Source of the DNA: Candidatus Thorarchaeota archaeon
GTDB lineage: Archaea; Asgardarchaeota; Thorarchaeia; Thorarchaeales; Thorarchaeaceae
Length of the DNA stretch: 64,000 nucleotides
Assembly: GCA_011364905.1 (NCBI GenBank)
Contig: RDNZ01000006.1
Location: 1 to 64,000 of the forward strand
Direction: 5' to 3'
The notes beneath the pieces were generated by a model. It made no database searches. It saw only the letters and a list, made by a program, of their open reading frames with translations, and was not told the DNA's origin. Of the stretch, positions 21,022-30,703 are shown in pieces. Every line of letters starts with the position of its first letter. Position 1 is the first letter of the stretch. The position numbers and the translations under genes were made by a program.

Positions 21022-22617
21022 CTAGTCTGCGATTTTGGTCATGAAATCCTTGAAATAGGGGCATAGACCGCCCATCCAATACAGGTTTCCAAAGCACTCC
21101 TTTCGCAGACCCAGCCTTTCCACTCTACACTCGAAACTCTTCTCACCGTCATAAAACACGCAGATGTCAGAATCAGACTTAGGATCACTCATCACCTTTT
21201 TTCTGGTGTCCTTCATCAAATTGAGCTCGGGGGAGTCAGACCAGGCGTCTCGTTTACCAAGAATGGATCGAATCATAGCGAGGGTCTTTTCTTTAGGCTT
21301 CTTGCCTTGCGCCCATAATGTGACTAGCTCGCTGACCTCAGCATTGAAGGCATATAGGCGGTGATCAATCTCGGAGGAAACTTTCTTAGCTTCTCTGTAC
21401 ATAGCCACTGCTTCATCAAAACGTTGCAGGATGTAGTTTGCATCACCGGCTAAGAATAGCGTCAATGCTTGTGTCGTGCGCATACCAGCTTTTTCTGAGA
21501 GCGTGATGACTTCGCTATAGAGCCGAAGCGCTTCCTCAGTGTCACCCTTCCGGAGTGCAACATCGCCAAGATTTGCAGTGGCTATTGCTATTCCCCGCAT
21601 ATACTCTGCTTCTTGGCTAATTTCCAAGGCACGACGGTTATAGGTCTCCATCTGAGAGACCTGATCAAGAGTTCGGTCAATTTCACCTACGTTGATCAGG
21701 GTTGCGGCCAATCCAATTTGATTATTGAGTTGCTGCTGAATGATAAGTAGCTCTTCGAATTGGTCCCTAGCCTCTTGGAGCCGTCCCATATTGAGATGAA
21801 TAACTCCCCTCAAATTCCGCGCATCTGCAGCACCCTGCAAATATCCCATCAGCTCATATGAACGAAGTGCACTTGTTACAAGACTCAGTGCGCGATCATG
21901 CTCATAGAATTCCTCGAGGATACGGCCTCTATAGAATTGGATATCTGTCAATGCTAGTTGGTGGTCAAGATGTTTTGCTGTATCCTGAGCTGAATCAAGC
22001 CGTATTAAAGCCTCCTCGCGAGACTCAGTCGAAGCAGCTATGAAAGCCAGGATTATTCTAGCACGCAGCAGCGCAGCTTGAACCATATTGCGGATAGCAG
22101 TGTCCTTTGCAGTGGCTTGGGTCACCTTCTCAATGCTTTCTGATGCAACTTCTCGAGCATGGTCGATGTATCCAAGATCGATTAGGACTGACGCGAGCTG
22201 ACCTGAGAGCTCCGCAAATCCAATGTAATCCTTTGCTTGCCATGTCTGATTCGTAATGTTTCGAAGATTGTTCAGCCATCTTGGATCAAGGCTTTGCCGA
22301 CAATAAGCAGCAGCAGCATATCCTCTTGCAGTTAGACTTGAGCGATCTTTGGAAAGAATCTGATTGTAGCCATACATTCCCCGTAAATAGCTGGCTTTTG
22401 CGCACATAGCGAGAAAAGCTGGACTTCGATTCTTCCATTCTCCGCTTCCTACATACTCAATCAATACATCTGTGAAGAGCATGAACCTTTCCTGCGTGGA
22501 ACGAGAATGTGTTTCTACTCTATGTCGAAGTTCTTCAATCTCAGTGTCCTCTAATCCGGTCCTATACATCATGAACTCCGGGATTATTGGATCATCTTGC
22601 ACTGTACATATCACCAT
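21022..22617 (-). CDS. TPR-repeat protein with Cys-rich C-terminus
   Basis: Repeated A....NLG.......G....A...Y..AL units. Confidence 0.85.
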   Translation of the reverse strand: MVICTVQDDPIIPEFMMYRTGLEDTEIEELRHRVETHSRSTQERFMLFTDVLIEYVGSGEWKNRSPAFLAMCAKASYLRGMYGYNQILSKDRSSLTARGYAAAAYCRQSLDPRWLNNLRNITNQTWQAKDYIGFAELSGQLASVLIDLGYIDHAREVASESIEKVTQATAKDTAIRNMVQAALLRARIILAFIAASTESREEALIRLDSAQDTAKHLDHQLALTDIQFYRGRILEEFYEHDRALSLVTSALRSYELMGYLQGAADARNLRGVIHLNMGRLQEARDQFEELLIIQQQLNNQIGLAATLINVGEIDRTLDQVSQMETYNRRALEISQEAEYMRGIAIATANLGDVALRKGDTEEALRLYSEVITLSEKAGMRTTQALTLFLAGDANYILQRFDEAVAMYREAKKVSSEIDHRLYAFNAEVSELVTLWAQGKKPKEKTLAMIRSILGKRDAWSDSPELNLMKDTRKKVMSDPKSDSDICVFYDGEKSFECRVERLGLRKECFGNLYWMGGLCPYFKDFMTKIAD

Positions 22618-22823
22618 TTTCTGGTGAGCCTATTAGTTCCTGCTCCTCGTTGCTGTTGCAATTTGGGGCCATCAAAAGGCTTCTAGTGGTTTTCTTCGCC
22701 AAGAATGGCACTGTCGCGAAATATAGCTTTCGAGGATGTATAAAGTCGAAGATTTGCATAATATGGATTGTTGTTTGTGAAAAGTTAAAACGGGCGCTGT
22801 AATGAAAATGCAGGTGGTTTCGT

Positions 22824-23579
22824 ATGCCAAAAACCCGTGTCAATTCAGGAGTCCCTGGTCTTGATGAATTACTCATGGGAGGATTCGTCAAGGGAAGATC
22901 AACACTCATTGCAGGTGGTCCAGGTACTGGAAAAAGTATTCTAACGTGGCACTTTCTCTTTGATGGAGTGGAAAAGGGAGAGAATGGATTGTTGGTATCT
23001 CTTGATCAAACATCTGAGATGATCATTGATGATATGTCAGATTTCGGATGGAGTCCTGAAGACGCAATGGAAAATGGTTCCCTCACCATACTCAGTGGGA
23101 CCCTGAAGTTGGTCCCGGCTGAATCCGGCTATGAATATGTCATCGGATTCGACCACCCCTTGCTTAGAGAACAACCTTTCACGGTACCTCGTTTGGCTGA
23201 ACTAGTACGGAAGAAAGCCGCAGAAGTCAATGCAAGACGAATTGTCATTGATGGCCTCGGGCCGCTCCTAGAACTCGCAGGAAATCGTTCAGAAATACGC
23301 CAACTGGTCTACGGTTTCATACGTGACATTGTTGATTCGGATTCAACCATTATCCTTACTCATGAACTGAAAGCAAGCGATACTGCCCAAAACGATGAGA
23401 TGCCATATTTCATCTGCGATGGTGTCGTTGTTTTGAACATGCTATATACATCGGGTGATTATGTTCGTACAATGCGAGTTGTGAAGATGAGAGGGGCAAA
23501 TCATACTATGCATCCAATAATGTTCAAGATTGGGACAGAGGGGATTAATGCGTTCCCAGATGCACGTCTTCCCGAATAA
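22824..23579 (+). CDS. Single-domain KaiC/RAD55-like ATPase
   Basis: SGVPGLDELLMGG, GGPGTGKS, IVIDGL and VVKMRG motifs. Confidence 0.9.
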   Translation: MPKTRVNSGVPGLDELLMGGFVKGRSTLIAGGPGTGKSILTWHFLFDGVEKGENGLLVSLDQTSEMIIDDMSDFGWSPEDAMENGSLTILSGTLKLVPAESGYEYVIGFDHPLLREQPFTVPRLAELVRKKAAEVNARRIVIDGLGPLLELAGNRSEIRQLVYGFIRDIVDSDSTIILTHELKASDTAQNDEMPYFICDGVVVLNMLYTSGDYVRTMRVVKMRGANHTMHPIMFKIGTEGINAFPDARLPE

Positions 23580-23586
23580 GCAGACA

Positions 23587-23964
23587 TCAAAAGACTGGTT
23601 TTACCTTTCGCACTGTCTCAGTCATATCATACATACTGAAAGGTTTCTGGAGGAAAGCTCGTGCGCCGACAGCTAAAACTGTTTCGCCCACACCTTCTAT
23701 TGGGTCAGATATGACCACGATCGAAATCACAGGATCAACGTCCAGAATATCTTCAATGAGCCGCACGAGTCCACTCTGCTCTATATTGAAATCGATCAGC
23801 ACAACTGCGGGCTTTAGGCTTTGACTCAGTATAAGTAGGCTTTGAGCATCGTCAGCCTCGCCCACTACATTAAAACCAGAATCTTCGAGGGCCATTTTTA
23901 GAAGTACCCTGAGTAGGGGAATCTCTCCAGCCACGATAACACCGGAGTGAGGTACATCTATCAA
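23587..23964 (-). CDS. Atypical receiver domain protein
   Basis: LIDF, ISD and FLQKPF retained; the N-terminal acidic pair is replaced (VAGE). Confidence 0.8.
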   Translation of the reverse strand: MIDVPHSGVIVAGEIPLLRVLLKMALEDSGFNVVGEADDAQSLLILSQSLKPAVVLIDFNIEQSGLVRLIEDILDVDPVISIVVISDPIEGVGETVLAVGARAFLQKPFSMYDMTETVRKVKPVF

Positions 23965-24015
23965 GTCAATCCTGCCCCCTAGGACAATTGTTCGATTTAG
24001 AGTACAAGTATATCA

Positions 24016-24378
24016 TCAGTCAGCCACAGCACTCTCTACCAAGTCCAGCATGTGCCGAATAGTGACCGGTTTAAGACCAAAACTTGCGGCGCCACTGCCC
24101 ATGGCTTGCTCCCTAACGTTGGCATCAGCACTGATGAAAACAATCTTCGCTTTCGGATCAATATCGAGGATTTCCTTCATCGTTTGCATGCCGTCCTTGT
24201 TAGGCATTCGATGATCCAGGATAATGACCTCAGGCTTCGGATTCAGAGCAACGAACTTCTCCACAGCCTCGGCTCCATCATAAGCATCGGCTACAACCTC
24301 ATGACCTTTGATGCTGAAGACGTCTTTGTAGAGCCTGTGAAGAATCGCCTCATCATCTACTATGAAGATTGTGACCAT
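24016..24378 (-). CDS. Stand-alone CheY-like receiver
   Basis: IVDDE, ILDHRMP, ISA and LKP motifs. Confidence 0.95.
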   Translation of the reverse strand: MVTIFIVDDEAILHRLYKDVFSIKGHEVVADAYDGAEAVEKFVALNPKPEVIILDHRMPNKDGMQTMKEILDIDPKAKIVFISADANVREQAMGSGAASFGLKPVTIRHMLDLVESAVAD

Positions 24379-24658
24379 ATGCTTCTTCCAACCTCAGATT
24401 CGTGTCTGACTAAGAACAAATACAATGTCAATAGATTAACATTGTGCGTCTATTGGTGTGCGACACTGCTCTCTGTCCTTCGTGACGGCTGTACTGTACA
24501 TGCCGATAGCGAGATTTGGGATATAAATTATATGTGGCTGAGTATAATTGTAGTAATTCTCTCAAGCTTTAGCCATACTTGTCTAGAATTGTGTTGCCAA
24601 AGATATTTCTGGATAAAGAATGAAACCTACCTACCATTGGCCTAAGGTGTGATACATC

Positions 24659-25027
24659 ATGAGTGATATGTTTTCAATAGATGCACCTGACCTCGAACTC
24701 ATGGGTAAATTGACAATTGAGATGGCTGAAAACCAAATAACAAGAACAGGAATGCCTACTGCGATCATTTCCACATCAGCTCTTGCACGTCAAATCATTC
24801 GTACCAAACACGAAATTCCAGCAAATCAGATGAAGAGTCATCCTGAACTCTTTGAATCAATGAAGCGGCTTGCCATTGAATTCATAGATCATTCAATCTT
24901 AGAAAGACACTCTAGAGTGTACTCAAACAACAAATGCTACTGGTTCTTCAGGGTAGGCCAAATCGAAGACAATGTCATATGCGGATTTCTTGAGGTTGAA
25001 AACAAGCCTTCATGCCTTGACTCCTAG
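24659..25027 (+). CDS. Hypothetical protein
   Basis: 122-aa ORF with an AGGTGTG SD-like motif upstream. Confidence 0.6.
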   Translation: MSDMFSIDAPDLELMGKLTIEMAENQITRTGMPTAIISTSALARQIIRTKHEIPANQMKSHPELFESMKRLAIEFIDHSILERHSRVYSNNKCYWFFRVGQIEDNVICGFLEVENKPSCLDS

Positions 25028-26243
25028 CACTGAATTCCGTCAAAACCTGTGTTTCTAACATACTTTTCGAAAAATCGACAGTCTTGTTTTACTGAGTGTC
25101 GTTATATATTATCATTTACTAATGTTTTTATATTTTTGACACTTGTTTGATTTATTGTTTCTATTGCCCCTAATACTATATAATAGGTCATATATAGCGG
25201 AAAATGTTCTCGTCCCAGTAATAGTCTACCACCCAATGTTCATCCTGTGATCGTATGCATTGATCCGTAATCCCAGAAACGCCGAATAAAAGTGAAAAAC
25301 AGCGATAATCTTCATACCCAAAAAACAAATACAGACACATATTGCCAAGAGAGAAATGGCATACACCCATACTCATTATGTGTGTACTGGTACCTTTTGG
25401 CGTAAATAACCCTGCTTCTTTACCACTATTTTATGGAGATGATTACTATAGCACATTATCTGGGTATGAGAAGAATTTAGGAAGATGGAATAAGTGAATT
25501 GGCCGTGACCCAAGAAGCACAACTAGAACATGAATTACCTGATCCAAAGAAGCAAGAAAGAATCTTAGCAAACTGTAACCTTTCCCTAAAATACCTTTGA
25601 TTGGTACATAATGTTCCAAACACCGGCATATTTTTTAATATAATGTTTGTTTATAAAATATAATATTCATTAAGGTAAAAGTGACGAAAAATCGACAGGT
25701 AGTGAGCGATGGAAGTGAGGAATAAAAACAATAGTTAATAATGAAATTGGAATCTCGAAACCTGGAAAATAAGCCAAATTGGTAGACTAGTACAATTCCT
25801 GGAGCGCTTGAATTACCATCTTGCATAGGCTTTTTCGACTGATTACACATTAAACTACTGCAGTCACATGCTACATGTGATGGGGAAAACGCTTGATTAA
25901 TCTGGTACGCCCTGCATTTCAACAAGATCAACAATAATGAACTTCTTCTGAATCAGGGACACAGATCGAAGCAGAACGGAATATGGGATATTCCTTGTTT
26001 TGTACCTGCTAGGAATATACTACTCGAGATATTACAAGGGCCAAGATAGGTTCCTTCTGATGTAAAACCTCCGACCATTGATTAACCAGCATATATCGAA
26101 TATGAAGAATTTAGCTCAGGCCACTCGATTACTTTGCATCCCGCTGATGCTAATCCACAGTCATATTTCACCTATAGAAACACTACTAGATGACATAAAA
26201 TCTAAGAGTCAATTAATCAAATACAGGAAGGAACAAACTCAAC
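25028..26243. other. About 1.2 kb AT-rich region without a convincing gene
   Basis: No credible ORF; long A/T tracts; 14-bp direct repeat CGAAAAATCGACAG at 25068 and 25685. Confidence 0.6.
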
Positions 26244-26267
26244 TTGCGTGCAATTGAGGGATTGCAT

Positions 26268-26897
26268 ATGCTCATGTACTATCTCCCTATCATTTTTACT
26301 GCTATAATATGCTATTGCAGTTTTCGGGAAAGTCAATGGCTAAGGAAGAAAAGGAGTGGTATGATATTCCTACTTCTAGGTACTCTTGTCATTTCACCTT
26401 TTTTGATAGGCAGTCAGATTGAAATCAATGCTTATTACTTTGGCAAAAAGAGTGTATCTGCTAACTTTTCCCTCTCACTAGGAGAACACAATAAACTGGG
26501 CCCCTTATCAAACCAAGGAGCTCTTTATGGATCGCATTTTTCGGTTCGAATTCTTGTGGAAAATGGAAATGTCACATTTTACATTGTGGATGAGAATCGA
26601 CCAGATGTATTCTATTATTTGGACAACTATGCAAATGAAACGTTTCTTTCTGTTTCTCTGCCATATCCTGTAGCTAACTGGACTGCAAACTACTATAATC
26701 CAAGTCAGAATCAAACCATAGATGTAAACACACAGATTATGTTGCTTGTCATCCTAATTTTTCCATCGCCATTGGCCCAAAGAATGCAAGTTTTACTAAT
26801 ACCGCATCAAATTCTGGCAACTCTGTGGATCTGTGCTGGAGTCGCATCATTTTATCAATGGAGACTGAAAACCAAACAAGAGAACAGCGAGTTTTGA
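26268..26897 (+). CDS. Hypothetical membrane protein (low GC)
   Basis: N- and C-terminal TMs flanking a beta-rich domain with several NxS/T sequons. Confidence 0.6.
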   Translation: MLMYYLPIIFTAIICYCSFRESQWLRKKRSGMIFLLLGTLVISPFLIGSQIEINAYYFGKKSVSANFSLSLGEHNKLGPLSNQGALYGSHFSVRILVENGNVTFYIVDENRPDVFYYLDNYANETFLSVSLPYPVANWTANYYNPSQNQTIDVNTQIMLLVILIFPSPLAQRMQVLLIPHQILATLWICAGVASFYQWRLKTKQENSEF

Positions 26898-27012
26898 ATT
26901 AAGGCTCATAAGCACATGGTGATTTTGAGTTAGGCTTGTATTACAAGGTCCAATATACAAAGGTGTACCTATATAGTATGCAGTAAACGCTCTGTTTCAC
27001 GGTCCTGAAATA

Positions 27013-27224
27013 GTCGCGTAGCATCGGCCGGAGTTAGAATCTCGCGTCCGAGTGTAGTTTCAGACTCTCTCGACCCCGTTTCTCTCCTCCTTCCAAGATG
27101 TACTGACCGGGAATAACGTGTACTAATTCGGATTTCGCGAGTAAGCGTGTACTGGCCCACAAGACGAGCCCCGAGCTGGCCAGGGGTACACCTCTGTCAT
27201 TCATGGATGCGGGTCGGTACACGC
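27013..27224 (+). ncRNA. Candidate structured non-coding RNA (two long hairpins), family unknown
   Basis: Stems 27041-27058/27122-27141 and 27145-27158/27211-27224 with G-U pairs on the + strand. Confidence 0.5.
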
Positions 27225-27317
27225 AAAATTCGTCAAATGCAATTAGTGATGATCATGCGTTTACCTTACTTTTGACCAAGATTCTTATGGTCATTTAACA
27301 CCCGACGATGTGGTAGA

Positions 27318-28520
27318 ATGACTGTCGATACGAGTGTCCTCATCATTGGTGCAGGTCCAGCTGGCCTAACAGCTGCAAGGAAATTGACGGAACTTGACAT
27401 AGAGTACACCCTCATTACAAGAGAAGATAGACCTGGGGCATACAAGGCCTGTGGAGGATATATACCATCACGCGCGTTGGAGGAGTTCGAACTCAGCAAG
27501 ATTCCAGGAGCACAATATGTGAGATCAATCCGCATGAAGTTTCCCAGTCTTGAGATGAAACGAATGGATTTTGATGAGCCAGTGGGAGTAAATGTTAGTC
27601 GTGGGGATCTAGGTGCCGCCCTTCTCAAACAAATCGGACGCGAAACAGAAAGAATCTGGCTTAACACTGAATGCGGTCAGATAGAATCACATGGAGACCT
27701 ATGCAAGGTGCGGTACACCAAAGAAAACGAAATCGGCTCGCTTTCAACGAATCTTGTCATAGATGCAAGTGGAGTAAATCCCGTCACTCTACGTTTCATT
27801 CCAATAAGAGATAGACCTACGAACTCGCAGATGGGATATGCAGTTCAATATCAATTGAAGACCAAAAAACCACTTGAAATTGTTAATGATTTCTATTACG
27901 GAAGTGAGTTTTCACCCAGAGGCTACGCGTGGTCGTTTTCACGGGGAATTGAAGTAGCAATAGGGACAGGAGGACTAGTAAATAAAGTGAGGGAGAATGA
28001 CAAAAGGACCCTCTCATATCTTGATGAGTTGGTATCAGATACTGAGCCAATAAGCACTGAGCTTCAGAATGCGGGATATGAAATCGTCAGAAGAGAGGCG
28101 GCCCTGATGCCATTAGCCGGTATTGTAACTCCATCATGTGGCAAGCGGGTCATGTTAGCGGGAGATGCTGCATGTCACTGCTCACCTATCACAGGCGAGG
28201 GCATTCACTATTCTATGTTAGGAGGACAGAAAGCCGCTGAAGTGGCAGCTAAATGCGTTCAGAAAAATGACTTCTCAACAAAGGAACTGAGCCAATACGA
28301 GAGATTGTGGACCAAATCATTTGGGTCAGATCTGAAGTGGGGTCTTTGGTTGCAGAGGAGATTCCTTGAGTCAGGATCAAGCTCGATGGGTTCGACATTC
28401 CTCAACTCTGAGAAATCAGTAAGAGTGATTGCGGAGATGCTAGCGGGCCAAAGATCAGTCCGAAGTGCTATCCTTGCAGCAGCGCCTGGATATCTTATTT
28501 CCAAACTCAGACGTGCTTGA
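27318..28520 (+). CDS. Geranylgeranyl reductase family flavoprotein
   Basis: GAGPAG, KACGG, PRGYAWSF and GDAA...PITGEGI motifs. Confidence 0.9.
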   Translation: MTVDTSVLIIGAGPAGLTAARKLTELDIEYTLITREDRPGAYKACGGYIPSRALEEFELSKIPGAQYVRSIRMKFPSLEMKRMDFDEPVGVNVSRGDLGAALLKQIGRETERIWLNTECGQIESHGDLCKVRYTKENEIGSLSTNLVIDASGVNPVTLRFIPIRDRPTNSQMGYAVQYQLKTKKPLEIVNDFYYGSEFSPRGYAWSFSRGIEVAIGTGGLVNKVRENDKRTLSYLDELVSDTEPISTELQNAGYEIVRREAALMPLAGIVTPSCGKRVMLAGDAACHCSPITGEGIHYSMLGGQKAAEVAAKCVQKNDFSTKELSQYERLWTKSFGSDLKWGLWLQRRFLESGSSSMGSTFLNSEKSVRVIAEMLAGQRSVRSAILAAAPGYLISKLRRA

Positions 28521-28546
28521 GAATAATTCATAGTTGAACATCCAGA

Positions 28547-28738
28547 ATGGTTATATCAGATACCTTATATTGCGATTATTACAAATACATATGTCGGTAT
28601 TGCGATATTTGCAACGGATGTGTGAGTTGTTGCGAATTACTCGGAATTTCTGACCATGGAAATATAGCATCAGCAAGATGGCACATGTTGCATATTGGAA
28701 CACTCCTCCTCTCCCTCTCACATTCATCGAACATGTGA
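28547..28738 (+). CDS. Possible Cys-rich microprotein
   Basis: YCD-x7-YCD-x7-CCE, 7 Cys within 21 residues; may instead be non-coding. Confidence 0.25.
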   Translation: MVISDTLYCDYYKYICRYCDICNGCVSCCELLGISDHGNIASARWHMLHIGTLLLSLSHSSNM

Positions 28739-28793
28739 CCCAAAAACGCACAACATAGAAGCACGAATTCGAACAGACCGCAAAACCGTGGAG

Positions 28794-28847
28794 CGAGCTC
28801 TTCGAGCCAATGGGACCTGGTTTGAAGAGCTCGATACCTTTCTTTTT
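28794..28847 (+). terminator. 16-bp hairpin followed by a T-rich tract
   Basis: CGAGCTCTTCGAGCCA / TGGTTTGAAGAGCTCG (2 G-U pairs), then TTTCTTTTT. Confidence 0.55.
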
Positions 28848-28941
28848 AATTTCACACTCAAAAGTTGAATAGCCCAATTTTGGAAAGTCGGAGCACTGTG
28901 GATCCTTATTGGACATCAGGAATTTTGCTCCTGCAATAAGC

Positions 28942-30321
28942 TTACCAGTAACTATCAGGCCATCTCTCGTCCATAATCATCATTGCTTTTTTCTCTACAG
29001 CTGGGTCCTCATCTCGAAGACCAATTCTTATGATCTTTACAGCTTGGTCCCTTGGCAATTCAAGGCTGGCTTCCAATACAGCTAACCTCACTCTGTAATC
29101 CTCATCATGCATTAATCGACAAAGGTATGACTCAACACCTGGAACCTGAACCGCGCTAAGAGACCTGACCGCATCAATCCGTGCAGCTGATGATGTGGCT
29201 CGTGTCAATTGGTCAAGGGCTTCTCGATACCTTTCAGTCAATTCCGAAGGCAAAGGTTTCTTACTCTCTTTTGGAACTGGAGGAGGAATTCCACCAGGCA
29301 TGAAGTATTGTGCAGATTCAATTGTGGAAATAGCCTTGTATATTGACATCTTAACTGAATCCTGACTTTTGGATATCTGTTCACAGAGAAAGTCAACTTT
29401 ATTGATGTCATGCGTTTGTTGAAGCAGACCAATTGCATTGATTCTCATCGTCCTTGAGTCATTAGCAATAATGCTGGGAAGAGCATCGTTGCAATGCTTT
29501 GTGCCTACTGAGAGAAGGAACTGCAACGCGTTTCTACGTTCGTTTTCTACATCAGAGCCCAACCTGATCATTTCTAGGTAGGTCTTATAGAGCAACCAGA
29601 GCTCGCTCGATGATTTGTAGTAACTTTCCAGATGCTGCATTCTTTCTGTCACTAGCTTCGGCCATTCATTCTCTGTAACCTCAACCAGCATTGAACCAAC
29701 ATCAAGACTAAAAGATTGTAGTGCCTCACCAAGTTTCTGGAACTCACTCTTTCCAAGAACAGGGTAATCAGTATCGAATTTGAAGGCAGTGAGAATTTTC
29801 CTGCCATAGTGAGTACGAAGAAGATCGACCAAGCAGTATCGCATCTTCGGAGGATTGTCAGTTGAATTTGGGGAGTAGAGAATCCTACAAGAACCAAGTT
29901 CCTTAGCTCGTTTGGTAAGGACATAGGGTACAAGAACAACATATCGAGTTTCAGTCAATACATCAATCTCGATGAAGGAAAGGTCCAAGCTGAAGTTTCC
30001 ATCCTCAACGAGTTGTATCACGATTTCAGCAAGCAGACTTTGCGCCTCACCCCTATCTGAAGCACCCGCTACCCATCCAAGAATTTCGTAAGATGGTCGT
30101 AGTAGTGCAAAATACACTGGTCCAAAGTCAAGATAGTCAGCAATGCAATCTCGAATCTTAAGCTGGGAGAGACTACTTCCATCCCATTCAAGGATCCGTC
30201 CTAGCCTTTGAGTGAACTCCTTGAGGGTACCTTCCATCAACAGGTTATCGAGACATGAAAATGCAGATACATAATCACCCCTGTCAATATCCATGATGAA
30301 AGAGGTTACCGACTCGTTCAC
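28942..30321 (-). CDS. HEAT-repeat protein with uncharacterised N-terminal domain
   Basis: C-terminal LMHDEDYRVRLAV and GLRDEDPAV HEAT units. Confidence 0.8.
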   Translation of the reverse strand: MNESVTSFIMDIDRGDYVSAFSCLDNLLMEGTLKEFTQRLGRILEWDGSSLSQLKIRDCIADYLDFGPVYFALLRPSYEILGWVAGASDRGEAQSLLAEIVIQLVEDGNFSLDLSFIEIDVLTETRYVVLVPYVLTKRAKELGSCRILYSPNSTDNPPKMRYCLVDLLRTHYGRKILTAFKFDTDYPVLGKSEFQKLGEALQSFSLDVGSMLVEVTENEWPKLVTERMQHLESYYKSSSELWLLYKTYLEMIRLGSDVENERRNALQFLLSVGTKHCNDALPSIIANDSRTMRINAIGLLQQTHDINKVDFLCEQISKSQDSVKMSIYKAISTIESAQYFMPGGIPPPVPKESKKPLPSELTERYREALDQLTRATSSAARIDAVRSLSAVQVPGVESYLCRLMHDEDYRVRLAVLEASLELPRDQAVKIIRIGLRDEDPAVEKKAMMIMDERWPDSYW

Positions 30322-30433
30322 GACTTTGCCCGATATCTGGTCCCGTCAGGTTGTATAAGAACCACACTCATAATGAAAATAGTGAAGATGGCCTAGCTTC
30401 TGCACGCTAGGCCAACAAAGAGGGTGAAGAGAA

Positions 30434-30703
30434 TTAGGATCCAGTGCCTCGCATTTTGTGGACAATGAAGCATTTTTCTCGATAAGCTTGATCTTCCAGA
30501 TCATTGATAAAATTCTCAAGCTTCTTGACCCTGGTGAACGACTCTTCAATTCCAAGATCACGAACTTGTATCAATGCTTTCTTGTGTTCAATTCGCACAT
30601 AAATTCCACCAAGTCCGACCCCATGTTTCATGTACACCGGGTCCTCTTGGTTCTTGACTCTATAGAAACCCTGTCTTCTGAGCATTCTACTGAACATCAT
30701 CAT
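30434..30703 (-). CDS. Small hypothetical protein
   Basis: ATG after GGGAGGGT; globular-looking 89 aa. Confidence 0.65.
   Translation of the reverse strand: MMMFSRMLRRQGFYRVKNQEDPVYMKHGVGLGGIYVRIEHKKALIQVRDLGIEESFTRVKKLENFINDLEDQAYREKCFIVHKMRGTGS

Noticed and set aside
18317-24378. Circadian clock or gas vesicle cluster
   Set aside because: No kaiA, kaiB or gvpA-type genes; KaiC phosphosites and the catalytic EE are not conserved.
24052-24645. Long antisense or overlapping ORFs (also 32135-32689, 34332-34832, 35951-36415 and similar)
   Set aside because: Shadow frames of well-supported genes with no motifs of their own.
27013-27224. SRP RNA, RNase P RNA, attC site or CRISPR array
   Set aside because: Signature motifs are absent; no integrase or cas gene; no regular repeat-spacer units.
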